Below are positions 47,947-63,130 of a DNA stretch of 64,000 bases, in pieces (position 1 is the first letter of the stretch; each line of letters opens with the position of its first letter). Where the stretch lies: the NCBI GenBank assembly GCA_976551045.1, contig CDPCPM010000280.1:3162001-3226000 (forward strand), read 5' to 3'. The notes below the pieces were generated by a model that was given only the letters and a program-made list of their open reading frames with translations, was not told the DNA's origin and searched no databases. The DNA is from Glaucostegus cemiculus (taxonomy: Eukaryota). Both the position numbers and the translations under genes were made by a program.

Positions 47947-49953
47947 AGACATAAGTTACATTACCAAAAGCTGAGTATTGCCAAGACTTTTATTTTCTGT
48001 CAGTATGTTGCCAGCCATAGGTTCTGTCATTTATGCTGTCTACATATGATGATGAAGGAAAGGATTGGCGGTCATGGATGAACCACTCAGGTGTGTGCTC
48101 TTTTTATTGATGTGAAAGTAATATGTAAGTGAACAGTGCACATCAAAATAAGACACTGCATATAATTTTCTTTGTAAACCATTGCCAGCTAGCCATTATT
48201 CTGGCTAATCCTACCAAGCAAAAATAGTTTACTGTAACCCCAATGAACAGATTAATTATTTTTTTGTATGAAATAGCTGAGAGAGCAAGTGGGACTGGTG
48301 GGCTGTAGGAGGCCTGTGGTACAATTATTGACTAAAAGGTCATGGTCTCCAGCTAACCTGACTGTAACCTCACACATTCTGATCACAACAGAGAATGTCA
48401 GCTACAGAAGCACAAGAAGGGCACCTTTTCTTGTAATCTGCACTTTTTGCAAAACTTAGCTCAAACACTTTGACACAGGAAGACACCAACAAAGACTTGG
48501 CCAAATGATAGGGGCTGTGACAATAGGAAAGTCTCCCTCTCGGCCTTTCACTGAAATGAATCAAGCAGCTGCAAGACTATTCCTGGGTCAAAGAAGGTGT
48601 GAAGTAAAATATGAGTTCATAACCTTGGCTAAAATCGATGGAACAGGATTTCCTCCCAAACTACACAACACACAAAAACAGGAACACAAATGGCACCCTT
48701 AAATACAAAAAGGAACATTTTCCTCCCCTGCAATTTGTTATTTTGGACAATTTAAAGGGAATGTGAACTGCTTAAACACCTTAATGAATACTCTAGTTTT
48801 GTATGTAATATCTTAGTCATACTAAAATATAATAAATAGGCCTTTAGGAGACATGTATTAGAAATGCTCATCTCCTGCCCAGTGACACCATCTCTCTTCC
48901 TCAGCTAGCACATTTTGTATCTAAGATCAATTTACTAAACAGTGCAGCTTAACACTCACATTCAAAATTCACACTGTTTATGCTATCTCGATGTGTTATG
49001 TTCCAATACGGGTGGTTTCACACAAATAATCTCATGCTTATTTGAAATGCTTCAGTTTCATCAGTGAGTATGCAGGCAGAAAGTGCTTAGTGGGGTTAAG
49101 GGTCAACTTTTTAATAGAGAAGCACGTGTACTTCTCTCTAAAACTGAGTGGTGTTTTCTTCGATCACTTTCACCCACAATTTTGTCAAAGTCTTTGTTTC
49201 TTCACCAATCTTCAGTGGTATTTTGTCAAAGGTGATGTCACCGAACTTTGCTAATGGCCCGATGATAGAGGCTGCAGATCACGCAGCACTAGTAATATCA
49301 ATGCTACATGATTGAAAATGTATTGACAATGCCAAAACACTCATTTCTGGGTTGTTTTGTGCCACCCCAAAAATTCAAATGGGCATTTCCAGCCACTAAT
49401 CATCCTTGAACAGCCACCCCTACCCCCACCCCCACACTAATTCCACTCAGGGGTGCTTGAGGTGATGTCTCCCATGAAAAATAGGTCACAGAGCAATGCT
49501 GGCCTAGGAGTCCACTAAGGTAATTCCCCATTTAACTTTCTTTTAAACAAACCCCCCCTCTCCCCACCAATCTCCATCCAACTTCTGATTCCCTCATTTC
49601 CTCCTCCCCTCCACCAACTGTTTGTTTTCTGCTCTATCCCTGTTAATTACCGATCAGCCTGAACCCTTTGGCTCTGAATCCTTGACCTACTCATCTCCCC
49701 ACAACCCAACTCTCCAAATCACGAAGCCCATCTACACCATCCTAGTCACATCCCTGATTGCTGACCTGACCCTAGGCCCCAATTGGTCCAATAGCCAACA
49801 GACCCTTCTCCCCAACAACCTTGTGGACCTGACCTTAAACAGCATATAGAAGGCTTCAGGTTCTATTAATTGTAACAATGGATTCACACTGTTTAACACA
49901 GTCACCAGGGCAGACTCAAATCTCTAGGCTTACCATTTGGTCACATTTTAATA

Positions 49954-50080
49954 CAGGTCATTCCTGGGTAATGAGGATTCAGATTTTACAGACATTCATA
50001 AGTCAATTTTGTCCATAAGTCAAAAAATATACAAAAATCACTCAATATGGTAACCATACCTCCATATTATTGTAATGCAT
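49954..50080. mobile_element. Tigger/pogo-like DNA transposon end
   Basis: TA|CAGGTCATTCCTGGGT start and repeated cataagtc subterminal motifs; partner TIR not found. Confidence 0.5.
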
Positions 50081-51919
50081 TGAACTGTAGGAATAGCTAT
50101 GATTTTGATTAGATGATCAAGCTTCTAGGCAGTGAAACATACCCTTGCGGCTCAAACGTATTTCTTTTGTTCTTTGAGTATTGAGTTCTGGATTTGATTT
50201 CTTGACTTTTCTGAGAAGGAAAAGGACTTGCATTGTAGTCTCTTTGAGTGAACTAGGATTACCACACTTCATCACTACCCACCAGCTCTGACAGAACTAT
50301 GTCTGTCACATATGGACAAAACTGACTCCTGGCTTGTCTGCCATGGGGTTATTAAACTGTCTGTGGAGACGCTGAAAGTTCACAATAAATAGTAGTCATA
50401 TGGGCGAGATACTGGAAAGCAAAAAGTGTGTATCCAGCAAAGAGTGAACATCTTCAAGAGAGAGCTGAAAAAAGTAATTTGTTTTTAAAATTCATAACAA
50501 TTTGTTACAGAGATAATAGAACAGAAAGTGTTCAGTGCAATGAATTCCAAAACCAGTCACACTAATCAGTAAGAGTCACTTTTGATTAGTACTTGTGCCC
50601 TAAAAGTTTTGTGCAGGAAAGCAGGTTTATGGATTATGTCCCAAAACATGTGACAATTTGTTAATTTGAAGTGTAGTCCCTGTTATGTTGACTAACACAG
50701 CAGTCAATTTGTGTACGGCGAGGCTGCATAAACTGCAGTGAGATGAATGGCCAATTAATCAGTTTTGGCAGCTTTAGGATGCAGGAGAAGACCCTGCTGT
50801 TCATCAAATAACACCGTAGCATCATTAACATCCATCTGAGCAGTCAGTTAAAGCCTGAGTTTAATAAAGCAGTGCTCGTCAACACTGTACTGAAATGTCA
50901 AGCTAGATTTTGCTGCCAACACAGTTAGATCATGGCCTACCTATTCCTCAACACCTGCTTATGTTCCATATCAGTCTAAAAATTTAAATTGGGAGAGAGA
51001 GACCTTCATATTTTCATTATCCTTTGTGAGAATGTACTTCCTGATTTCACTCCTGAATAACCTGGCTTTAATCTTAAGATTATGACTGCATGTTTTGGAA
51101 TCTCTGATGACATGCAACCATATTTCTCTGTATCATTTGTGTGTTCATTATGCTGTCAATCAATAGTTACCTATTCCTCTGTGGTCCCTATTGCCTCCTC
51201 AAGGTTTAATTTTGCATATAACACATATTTTGTTCCGTTACTGTTAAGATAGTAGGGACATTTTGGAGGGAAAATGCATTCGGGGCACATATAAGGAGAA
51301 TTTCCACACTCATAGCAAACAAAATTGGTTTTGTGTTGGCTAAAATAAAGTTGAAATTTGTTGTCCTGTGTGGTAACAATTGTGGTTTACACTCTAAAGT
51401 ACTCGAGCAGATAACATAGCGATTGACCTTTTCACCCACAGAGTTTAACCACATAATCATTTCAAGTATGGTTGTACATCACATCCTCCATAAATAGTAC
51501 CATTTTAGCAATGCTGTCACCCTTTGGGATCTGTATCTTGCTCATGATAAACAAGTTGCATCACATGCAAAGCTGCTTGCAGTTTGTTCATTCCTAAAGT
51601 TGCACATATACTTACCACATTGACAGTTTCCACTCACTTTGTGTTGCCATATTTCTCTGTTGCAAAAACACTGGCTGTAAGTTTCAGGAGAATTCTTTTT
51701 ATAAAGCAAGCTGCAACCAAAAGTTTTACATTATGCACAAACTTTAGAAATGGGCACAAAGTTGTTCTACTCTGGGTTCAGCTGATTTTCAACTGCAAAG
51801 CACCATTTTTTTTTCCAGGAATGTGCAGAAGAATTGAGGCCATTGCAATAAGTTCCCAAATGGAACAGCATAACCCTTGTCCAATTTATTTTAAAAAGTA
51901 TATTCTTTTTTTGGATAAA

Positions 51920-52375
51920 TTGGAGGGAATACAGTTAAGACTTACTGGACTGGTTCTCTGGATAATGAGTTAACTGTATGAAGACTGATTAGGCCTCAAT
52001 TCTCTGGAGTTTGGCAGAGTGAGAGGAAATTACAGTAAAACCTAAAATACACTTACAGGGCTCAACAGGCTGACTGCAGGAAGAATGTTTACCTTGGCTG
52101 AGGAATCCTGAACCAGAGGACACAATCTAAAAATAAGGGGTAGGCCACTTAGGACTGACATGAAAAGATCTTCATGCAGAGGATGGTGAATCTTTGGAGT
52201 CCTTCATGGAGTTCATTCAATCACTGTGTCTCCAATAGATTTCTAGATATTCAGGGGATCAAGAATGTGGAGAAAGTGGGAAAATGGCAGTGAGGTAGAT
52301 CAGCTATGATCTTGATGAATGACAGACAGGCTCAAAGGGTCAAATGGCCTATTCCTGCTTTTATTTCTTATGAAC
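51920..52375 (+). mobile_element. CR1 3' end
   Basis: LEGIQLRLTGLV remnant; aaatggcctattcctgct..tttcttatg tail. Confidence 0.8.
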
Positions 52376-53999
52376 TTATGCTTCCTTATCTTTTCATAGA
52401 CTTCCTTTCAAATTCTTATCTGACAAACTTTTAAATTGTTATCCTTTGTGACTCAACAGTTTTGGTAAAGCATTCCACATTCCAAAAACCCTCCATTTAA
52501 AACATTGCTTCTAACTTCTAAACAGAGTGAGATGAGAGTTGGAGATCTATGCTTCACCATTTCTTGCTAGTGTTAAATGCATTGCCCACTGTATTAAATG
52601 AGTTACACACCAATTTTCTGTCCTGGTTTCTTTTTACCTCACAGCTCTCTCCAGGTATTAGAGTAAGATTGCATGGAATCTTCATCCCTTTGGTCATTGT
52701 CAGTATATGGGCATTGACAGTGACTGTAAGCAGACTATCTGACTCTGGCAATGACCAAAGCCAAATCCAATCATGGCCTCATCTGGCATTCACGCAAGTG
52801 CACATTCAGCAAGGCCTATCAGACAGCAAGCATGAACTGGAACACAAACTGGGAATCAATCTATGAATTAGAGTTACTAAGGCAAATGAACAAAGGTTAG
52901 TTACAAATGGAGATCCAGAAAGCTGGGTCATACAACCAGCTACTCACTGTGTAAATCCATTGAACCTCTAGGGGAGTGATCCTGCCTTCCTTTCAATCAG
53001 GCAAATGAAAACCATATCATAGAAGCTTTAAAATTTAAAAGACATCTCCATGAGTCAATGTGCTGCATTACATGCTATACAAATTGATTCCTTGGTGGAA
53101 ATTGCAGAAGCAGAAGTCTTTGCTTATTGTGGGGATAGCTCTTTGGGAAATTCCTGCCCAGCTGCATTCTTCCCCCTTCATCTGATGTGCATAAACAATA
53201 AAGATGGCATGGAACATATGGTTTTTGATTATCAACTTAATTAATATGATAGTACCTTATCTGCTACTAAACCTTTAGTCTTATTAAAAAAGTGATTGGC
53301 TATATCTGGTCAATAACACGAAAAACAGCATGAGACAACTTTCAGTCAGCAGTATTACAGAAACCTATTTACTCTTTCCAGATACTGATCTTTTTATTAT
53401 TGGATACTGAAATCTATTTGGTTTTCAGACTAAAATTTAACTGCCTGCTTTTATCGTCATTGTTAGATGTAACAAATAGTTCATTGAATGATTTTTTGCA
53501 GCAACTTTTCAATGAAGTTTCTGGTCAACTAAGTCAAAACTGTGTACTCAGAATATTCTGTTGTTTTCAGTATTGTTGATTGTATAGAGATAATCGTCAC
53601 ACTTGTTGCAGGAATCTATTCCAGTCAATAAACTACAAATGCATTACATGTAAAGCTGATGCATGAACACAGACTGTGCAAGCTACACCATCAAACTGCA
53701 AAATTTTATTATTGAATTTTGAAGCTGTGTAGTGAAAGACAGTCCAAGTTGGATAAATTTTCCTTGCCTGAAGATTCAATGAACTGAAAAATTTGTGGCA
53801 GAATGAACCACTGTATTGAATAAAAACTACCACGTCTATTACATCTAACAACATTATAACAAGAAGACCTCATGGACATGTGTCACAAGCACACAGGAGA
53901 GCAGGTATCAGTGTTGCTGAATAGACCATGAGCTTGGTGCCAGGTTTGCAGTCCTGATCTTTAAATACTCTTTCACCTTTCTTGTCCCTTTGTATTAAC

Positions 54000-55270
54000 T
54001 CCGAATTGCAACAGGTGTTTGCACATCAAATGAGGAAAGGAGCATGCCTGGCAATGAATTTGTGGTGAGACATACAAGTAGCTTGGAGAGGATAAGCTTT
54101 CCTAAGTTGAGTTGCCCACACCTGATCAGGGATTTTGAATGAATGAGATATGGAACTGGTCTGTGCTATATTTCCCAGAAGAGGACTGAAATCTCTTGAA
54201 GACAGTTCTGCAGGCGGTTTGTGGTGATGGAGAACTGAGTTGACTCACAATACTGGGGTATTGCAAATGGCTGGAAGAACCCAGGATCAGCTTGTGATTG
54301 AACAAGATACAACCTTTAATTAGCCAGCAAAGACTCTCTTATGGATGTGGCAGCAGGAAAACCTCCAAAGGTTGCATGTAGCCAGCTGATGACAAGCTCT
54401 TGTTTGATTTCACAGGAGTCCTCCATGGGAAAGCTTGTTGGCTTGTGTGAAAATCTAAACTGAAAACTGGAAATACTCAGCTGGATATCTGTGAAATGGA
54501 GATTAGATCCCATGCACTTCTAACACTTTGTGGCATAACTGTTTGCGCATGAAGATTTGATGAACTGGGATGTCTGGTGTTTTTGTGCAGCTCAAGGAGT
54601 TCAGGATCACATGAAATTCTCTGACGCTCCATTAGTCACCTTTTCTGTTCCCTGAAATTGGACCATATCATAGGATATAATATTCCCTCTAGCCACTTCT
54701 ATTGTGGATCACTGACGGCTGATCAACTCGAATCCAAGACTCACCTGGAAGTTGCTGATTGGCTTGTCCTAACACTGCAAGTTCTACTGGTAATTCCTCT
54801 TTTCAACTCTCACATTATACTGAGCTTTCTCCAAACATTCTATTAATTACATTATTCCATCCAAGCCAATTTACCTTACACATACCAAATTCATTTTGCA
54901 CTGAAGCCATATGGGGAAAGTTGTATACTACAAGGCCTGTAAGGAAGCAACTGGTGTATGGGTGGTTATGTGGAAGGCAGGCTGTGGAGGGTCAAATCCC
55001 TCCCAAAGTAAATACACATACACCATCCATGGCTGTTATGCTTGCTGACACTTCTGTCTCTGTTCACATAAAGAATAATCACCTGAGTAAGATATTCAGC
55101 CAGAACTTGCAAACAGAGGCTTGGTGCCTGCACACCTTGCAGATCTCCTTGCTTCACAGGCACTCAAATGCTTGGATCCACTTGCATTGAATTGCTCCCA
55201 AAGCCATCCTGACTCTGAAGGGCAAGGCTCTGCTAGGCTGCAAAGCCTTACAGTGTGTAATGCGGGCAGG
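54000..55270 (-). mobile_element. Possible Gypsy pol remnant (RNase H to integrase), very decayed
   Basis: Fragments YFGRDLTL (cf. YLYGRxFTL) and LHATFGGFPA (cf. PHATTGxSPA) in the expected order. Confidence 0.4.
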
Positions 55271-56711
55271 CTAATACAAGCCCTGACCTCAAAACAGCTG
55301 AAAGAAACATTGATAATCGGTATTAATTAGCTAACTTCAGACATCCCAAAGTGTTTCATGGTTAATTAAGGTAACCTGAAGTATCATAGTTACTGTGACA
55401 TAACTGCAACAGCTAATTTATGCAGAAAGCAAAACGAATAATGTCTGAAAGCACAATAACAATTTATACAGGAATGGTACTTGCTTGTGAGCAGACCCAA
55501 GTGTTTTAATCTAATATCATTTACTTTATTGCGCTATTTATTTCTGAACCAAATGGCGTTTGGAAGATACTACAGCTTTAAGAATAAAAATAAACTTGAC
55601 AAAATAAATGACTCTTTTCACAGGAATATCTGTAAACAAATAGTTGATTTAGTTGATTATATTAGGTATTTTAATTAAATATTATTATACTCTCAAACTT
55701 TTCCAGAGACTTGAACAAACATCAAAACTGCTCAGGAAACCCCCTGAAATGTTTTCATGTTCCCAGAGCTCACTGACAGAAAAAAAACCTTTTCTTTTGA
55801 AACAGAGAATCCTTGCAATCACTGACACACTCACTGAAAACTCCAGGAAAAATCCATACACTTCCAGGTGGAATCCAACAAACACTGATACATTTCCTAC
55901 AGGATTCCTGTAGAATCTCACACGTTCCTTGTTTGACTTGCTAACACAGACACATTCCTGGGGATTCCCTGCAAAAACTGATTGACCTAGGGAACCCATA
56001 CCACTAACAGCATCTTCACAGAGCCTCCATCAGTACTGATATATCTGATGACTCCTGGGGTCACAGGATAAGGATTTGCAGAACTAGATTTTATTACATA
56101 ATTCTAGTATACTGCTGTGTCTATGTCAGACAGAGAGCAAAAGCAAGAGAGAGGCAGAAGGGACTGACTTCAATCCAGTGGTCCCCAAGCTCATACAGCT
56201 GTGTACTCTGCCTCTATCAACACGCTGTCAAGGTGAAGCTCATTAGTGGTTTAATTTCTTCAGGCTGACAGGGTTCTCCTTACACTCCCACACAGCTTGG
56301 CCTGGTCTGTTTGCCATTTGCGATACACACACATACACATATACACACACCCTTCTAAAGTTGGCCTCAAGTAACAGAATCCTTTCTGCATTTTATTAAA
56401 GTATTTTGGCATTTCACCAGCAGTATGTATTTTCTTGGGAGGGTTGATGTGTAACCTCTACCCCAGCTCAGGCTGTTTCCAGTAGCATAATGTCTTAAAT
56501 AACAACATCTGCAATTGAGGGACTTTTACATTTACTTTACCATGCTCAGTATTTCCTTATTTTTGAAGGCTGGTATATTATTTTGAAGCAGATGAAGGTG
56601 TCTGAGCACACTATCATAGTAAACTATATACAGACAAGAGGCCATTCACATTGGAAGGGCTATCGAATTAGTTGTTAGTTACATTTTTTTGCCCTTACCT
56701 GAACCCCTTTA

Positions 56712-57032
56712 GCAGCAGCACAGTGGCACATCTAGTAGAAGTGCTGCATCATAGCTCCAGAGATGCAGATTCAATCCTGACCTCTGATGCTGTCTCTGTG
56801 AAGTTTACACAATCTCCCTGTGACTGTGGGTTTTCTGGAAATCTCATGTCCCAAAAACACACAGGTTTGATAGATAATCGACAACTGTAAACCACTCCTC
56901 TTGTGTAGGTGAGTGGGTGAATCTTTTGGGGAATGTGGGGAGAATATATTACGGGGAAAATTAGTGGGGAATGGGATCGCTCTGTGAGCTAGCATAGACT
57001 CAAGGGTTGAAATGACCTTCTGTGCTGTAAGA
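56712..57032 (+). mobile_element. HE1-type V-SINE
   Basis: gcagcacagtggcacatctagtaga..catagctccag..ttcaatcctgacctc head plus V-domain. Confidence 0.85.
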
Positions 57033-57327
57033 AAATGTCATACAGTATAAATCCAATTACTTTTCAAAAGTTATTAAATCAATTTTCTTATTTTACTCAG
57101 AGATCATAAATCTCCAAGTAAAATAAGAAAATTAATTTGTCTGCTAATTATTTTAAATTTTGATCCTTTAGTTACATTTTTGTGGGCAGTATTTGTCTAC
57201 TTTCTCCCCAGTTTGAAGTTCCTCAGTCCACTTAGTTCTTGCCCCTGGACTGTACCTTTTGTAACTTATTTGAACATTCATAAAGATGGCCCAGGGGCTC
57301 TGCCGGCCGCACATTAGGTTGAAGTAG

Positions 57328-57640
57328 TGTCATAGAGACATAAAGCATGGAAGCAGGTCATTTGGCCTGCCAAGTCCATGCTAACCATTAAACACCCATC
57401 TTCACTAACCTCATTCTATTCTCCCCGTTTTCATCACAATTCCCTCTCCTCCATACCACACTTTCCAATTCTATCACTCACCCACACACTAGGCTCAATT
57501 TACAGTGGCCAATTAGCCTACCAACTTGCATGATTTTGGGATGTCAGGGACACCCATGTGGTCGTAGGGAGAATGTGTACATATACAGCACCGCATCTCT
57601 GGCGCTGTGAAGCAGCGGCTCTACCAGCTGTGCCACTGCA
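57328..57640 (-). mobile_element. HE1-type V-SINE, facing the previous copy tail to tail
   Basis: ctggcgctgtgaagcagcggctctaccagctgtgccactg is the reverse-complement head; tail catagagacataaagcatggaagcagg. Confidence 0.8.
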
Positions 57641-58819
57641 TTGCCCAAGTGAGCAGCTAACCTATACAGATCTAGAAAGTTCTCAATTGTACCTCCTTCC
57701 CACGCTGAGAAACCTGATCATAGTTGTGGAGTGACCATTGAACTTAATGATCCAAATATGCTGAGATGAAAACATATTTCCATTCACCTTCTGCTGCTCC
57801 CTTGGGAATAAGTAAACACATGGTGCCAGGTAAGGGGAATATGTATAATTTATGTTAATTTGTTTACATTAACCTATGTTTATCCTCATCTTGCAATGTA
57901 CTGTGTTGCTGCTGCAAAAAGCTAATTTTCATAGCATTTATACTCTGCATATGTTTCCCTATGACAAGAATAAACTTGAACATAGTTCTAGAGTTTATCC
58001 TGCATTCACTTTGGAAAAATTACCTTCAAAAACCAACACAAATGGAAAACAGTCATTTATGTGAAATATAGATTAAGCTCTTGCATTAAACTGTACACAA
58101 GCAAGGAGTTAATATTTTCAGAAGACAGGACAAAGAAATGGCTAAATGAAAATGAAGAACCTTTAGCATAGTCCGGCTCTACTTTAATTTCCATACAGCA
58201 TTTTGGCTGGGATCAGGAACTTGAGATGCAAACCACCTTTCTGTATGGCATTGAAATGATGCATGTTATTTATGCCATTCAAAAATACACACTGCTAAGA
58301 ACCTAGGAAGTTTGAGCAACACAACTGACCAAATGCAATAACGTTTTGGTTGAACTGAATAGTCTGACAGTTTACCCTAAGTATCACCATTAATAATGTA
58401 GCAGTGAGAAAGCAATACACTTTTTCTTCATCTCTTCCTGTCTGCCACATTCAAGATTCCATGATTCTTGCAAGACATTTTTTGCACATTTTTCTGAAAA
58501 TTAACACATTTAATGCATCAGCCACATAGGTTGATCGTAAACTAATTATTTCTACATTTGCCACGCAAATCTGCTTGGTAAGGGGGTTTGAAAAGGAAAC
58601 AGAAGATAAATAGATCTTGATAAAACCATAGTTAGATTCAGCCTTGTGGTGCAACTGTCAGTTTGAAATTTACACCCACCACACCCATGAACCAAATTGG
58701 TTTAGAAAGGTAGCAGGAGACATTTTTTCATGAGGAGTGAAAAAAAAGTGAGAAATCTCGGGTCAGTATTTGAGATAAACACTATATCAACATTAAAAAA
58801 AACAAAAGAAGTGTGTATA

Positions 58820-59170
58820 CTTATATAGCATACTCACAACTTCAGGATGTTCTTTATGGCCACTGAAGTACTTCTGAGGTGTAATGTAGGAAACACTTAT
58901 GCACAGTAAGCTCCCATAAAAAGCAAACTGACAATGAACAGATTATGTGCTTCAGGTAAATTTGTTAAAGGAAAAATAATGCCCTGATCAGCCAGAGTAA
59001 CTTCTCTGCTCACTTTACAGCAGTGCCATGTATTTTTTACATTGATCTAAGAAGGCAGAAGGGGTCTCAGATAAATGTTAAAAAGTGATCACTCCAATAG
59101 CCCAACACTCTATCGAATCTGCACTTTTCTAATATAACAATGGGTTGAGGCTGGGGCTTAATCCCACAAA
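58820..59170 (-). mobile_element. Deu-domain SINE, decayed
   Basis: tgaagtactt..tgtaatgtaggaaac..gcacagtaagctccca..agtgccatg matches the family 3' part. Confidence 0.55.
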
Positions 59171-59544
59171 TATAAAACTCTAAAAAAGAAGGCTACATTC
59201 GGCACCTTATTGTCAGGATTCCAAGACCTGGGTTGTGGGTCAGGATTGGTGAGCAGAGGGGGACGGTGGCCAGGAAGTGGGAAGAAGTGGATCAGTGGGG
59301 GGAGGGGGGCATTGGTGTGGGGAGAGGTTTCCGTTTGGCTAAGTAGCTGTGTGGGTTATACAATGTATGGAATTAAGGAGGAAGAGCAGGTACCCAAAGC
59401 CCCACACAAATGCAATACTGTATGTTTGAAAAGCAAGTGCCAACAGGGCTTTGATTGAACTGAATAGCACTGTATCATTCACTCTCTTTTGGTCTCCACC
59501 TTACCCCTGGCGTTTCCTTTGTCCTCTCCACCTCTTCTCCTTCT

Positions 59545-59660
59545 CTGCAACTCAAAACCTGTCTGCTCTTCCGGGTCCCTATGAAAGGTCATCGACCTGT
59601 AACATTCTCTCTTCATGGATACTGCCCATCCTCTGAATACTTAAGTAATTTTCTGTTTTT
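59545..59660 (+). mobile_element. Penelope-like end, decayed core
   Basis: atga-a-AGGTC-atc-GACCT-gtaa hairpin plus weak family tail. Confidence 0.55.
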
Positions 59661-61829
59661 GTGCCTGACCAAAACATAATTTGATGGTCACCCAAGGTTT
59701 CCCAACAATTTCATAGTCTGGCTGGCAATTCTTATAATCCATCAATAAAATATCAGTTGATGTCCTTCAGTCTTTTTATCTGTGGAAGCCTGCCACTCTG
59801 CTCAAGAGTGCTCAACCAAACCGGTGAGAAATTTCCATTGTAAAATTTGAAGTGTTACTACATTTCTCCATCAAAGAATGGTTGCCAAATTTTCCCACAA
59901 GGCAACAGCCATTTTCCTTCAAGTTTGGTACAAGAAGTACTCAGAAATGTTTCTCAGAAAGAAGGGATATAGCTCACTCACTCACTTAATTTCAGGGATC
60001 TTCCATGCAGATTGACTACAGTCAAAATCTACTGACTCACCCCCAATCTTTCCTATGGATTTTATAACACAAGTCACGACTGATCTTCTGGATGCTTGTC
60101 CACTTAGGCTACCCAACTCCCCAAGGAGCTGAATATTTCTGTAAAGGCTGCATTGATGGTTGAGAATTTTTTCACAGGTGTGCAATGCTACTAGTTATAC
60201 TGAAACCACTTATCACAAAGAAAATGGCGGCAGATGATATTAAAGTAACAGTCTGGTATTATTTCTTTTGGGAATGATTTCATTTTTTTCTGCACTGCAT
60301 AGATGAGCGTATTAGGGAGTAGGATCCCCTAGAACTCACCTCAATCCTGATCTGAATCGATTCTGTGTGACATCAGACTGAACTTGGGAACATTCCCTCT
60401 CCCTGATTATTGCTCTTTCTCATATTTACAGCCACTGACTGAAACTCACAGGGGAACTGGAAATTAGTGCCCCAGAGCCCACTTCTCTTGTTAAGTAAAA
60501 ATGAGTTCATTAAACTCATGATTAGGAAGGAAGAGTTGCATTTCTATTGTTGCTTATTAAGTCCAGGGAGGCAATTGCTTTCAATATCGCTTACAATGTA
60601 ATTCATCAGTGTTGATGTGCCACATGCTTCCCAGATTAGGATATCTGTAGAACGTGGCAATCCAAAATGGCAGATAGTTACCAAATCAATCTTGTGGTGC
60701 TTGGGGAAGCACACATAATCATGAGATGGACTGATAAATTTTAAAGTTAAGAGTAATGTATTGTGTTACTGATGGCATTTTGTTGTTCATGTTATCATAG
60801 CTATATGGTAATAGAAGTCACATTCAATGAAGACAAATGCATCAGTAAGACTAACAGAATGTGTAGACTGGAGATAGAACAGATGTAGATTGGTGCAGTG
60901 ATATACGTGCTCACAAATATATAGTGATGGATGGTGTAGGGTGACATGGATAAATAAAAGGAGGGTAAACACACAGACAAATTGATATAATACAGAGATG
61001 AAATAGAGACTGACAAAAGCAAGGGCATATAGATAAATAGATTTTTCCATTCTTCTTAGATAAACTGCTTTCAATTCTCTGAATTTAACTGTAATCTCCA
61101 AAAGAGTCTGTTTCGACAGTGGGAATACCTCATTTGATAGATGAATTCCTGCAAACTAAAGCAAGTGGTTCTTTTAAATAGTGTCACATAAATACTTGTT
61201 TTCCTTAAATTCCAGTGGACAGCTTTTGTCTGTTGAAAAGATTACCACAAAAAAAGTTATGCCATCCATCACACTTTATTAACTTCACCAGATCCTACTA
61301 GCACAAAGTTGGCTCAAAAGGGGATCCTTAAGTCTCTACTGATCTGTCTTTCTCAGAGGAAGTGTTGGTATATGAAGTGCTTTCCGGAGCCTGTTTCTTG
61401 CTCTCCCTTCCTCATTTTTTTTCCCTTTGCAACATGAGTAGTTCTATTGGTCTGGAGTCCAATCCATTGCCTAACACCCAGTCACTGAAAAGCTGCATTA
61501 CAGCCTTATTAAAATTAATCTATTTCAGCCAGCTCATTGCCTTTTCAAACTTGCTTGAACTTGTTTCAGAAGTTAACTGCCACTGAAGTAATGCAATATT
61601 TTATGTGAATTTATTCTCCATTCTGCTACACAATCTTTGTCTTCTGCTTTGCAGTCTCCTGGTGTTTATTTTATCCAGACCTTGGTGCTCAAAAATAGTA
61701 AATGATAACTATAACGACACAACTAGAAGATGTGACTCCAGCTGTGGGAAATTGTTCCTATTGTATCTACATTTGTTTTTCTAAATTCCTCTCATGTTTT
61801 TCATCAGGTTCCAAAGATGCTAATATATC

Positions 61830-62190
61830 AGCCTTGCCTCAGAGATAGCATTTCCATTCCTGTGTATGAAGGTTGTGCTCAAGCTCATCCCAGTTACTTG
61901 AGCTGAATCCAGACTGACTGTGCATTACTGAGGGATTCCTGCAATGTTGGAAGTACCTACACTTTCTGTTGAGACTCTAAACTGAGGTTCATCTGCACAT
62001 TCAGGTGAATATAAAATATTACATGAAACTATTTCAAAGAACAGCAGTGGGTTTTAACTTTTAGGCTAATACTTACCTCGCAACCAATGAAACTCAAGCA
62101 GATTATCTGCTCATTACATGGGCCAAGTGGCTACCTTGTTTCTTAAAATACAGCTGTGATTAGACTTCAATAAAAAGTATTGACTGCAAG
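61830..62190 (+). mobile_element. Deu-domain SINE
   Basis: agccttgcctcag head; tgcattactgagggattcctgca..aaactgaggttcatctgc. Confidence 0.65.
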
Positions 62191-62884
62191 GCACACAAGC
62201 AATTATTATTCACCCAAAGGTTATCAACACAATCAGTGCAATCTTTACAATTATTGAATTATTAAGAGTTTACATTCATATTTTAACAATGTGCTGAATA
62301 TTGTTATTGCTTGCAGGATAAATACATCAATATGGTAAGAATTGTTGCCATGGGAGCATGTGGGGTTGGGAATTACTTAGCTTGGTGTTTAGTGGGATCA
62401 GAGAACAGGTGGTGCCACCTACGAATAGACCTTATCTTTGCACTCATCCTTCCTGGGAGGTGTGCAGTTATTTGCTCTTCTCTGGTTCTTTGATATCTTT
62501 GAAGATTCTTATATTAGCTCTAGTCATGAAAGCAGCCTATTATTCAGTGACCAAATGCAGAAATATGATAAAACCTAAAGAGAAATTAAGCAACTTTGTG
62601 GATCTTTGTGAACCCTTTGTCCTTAAATGAGAAAAGGATATATTTTTATTAAGTATTTTAGTAACATTTATTTATTTTTGTCTCTGATCTTTTCTTTCTT
62701 TATATCTGTGTCACACCTCCCATCAACTTTTTGTGGTTGAGAAATAGATTCTTTGCTCTGGATGCACCTTCCATGAAATTGTTGAGGCTAATTTATGAGA
62801 CTCAGCTGAGAAGCAATACATGTTTTCACTTGTGGGGCCAAGTTTAAAGCTGGGGGCCATAAATATGTCAGTAATAAATTCAAT

Positions 62885-63130
62885 AAGAGATTTGAGAGAA
62901 ACGTCTTTACTCAAAAAGTGGTAAATATGCTGAACTTGCTACCACTTGGAATGACTGGGGTGAATAGCATGTAAACATTTAAAGAGAAGCCAGGTAATTA
63001 CTGAAGGAGAAATGAATAAACATTGATAGGGTAGTGTAAGGTAGGCAATACTTGTTTAGTGCATAAACTGACACCAGTCCTATTTTGCCGAAAGACCTGT
63101 TTTCACCCTGATTCTTTGCGGTTATTCTAT
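62885..63130 (+). mobile_element. CR1 3' end, old
   Basis: agaaacgtctttactcaaaaagtggt..gaacttgctaccac. Confidence 0.65.

Noticed and set aside
51584-51973. 129-aa ORF
   Set aside because: No domain; non-ATG start; the 3' end runs into a CR1 fragment
54759-55190. 143-aa plus-strand ORF
   Set aside because: No recognisable domain; lies antisense to a probable Gypsy remnant
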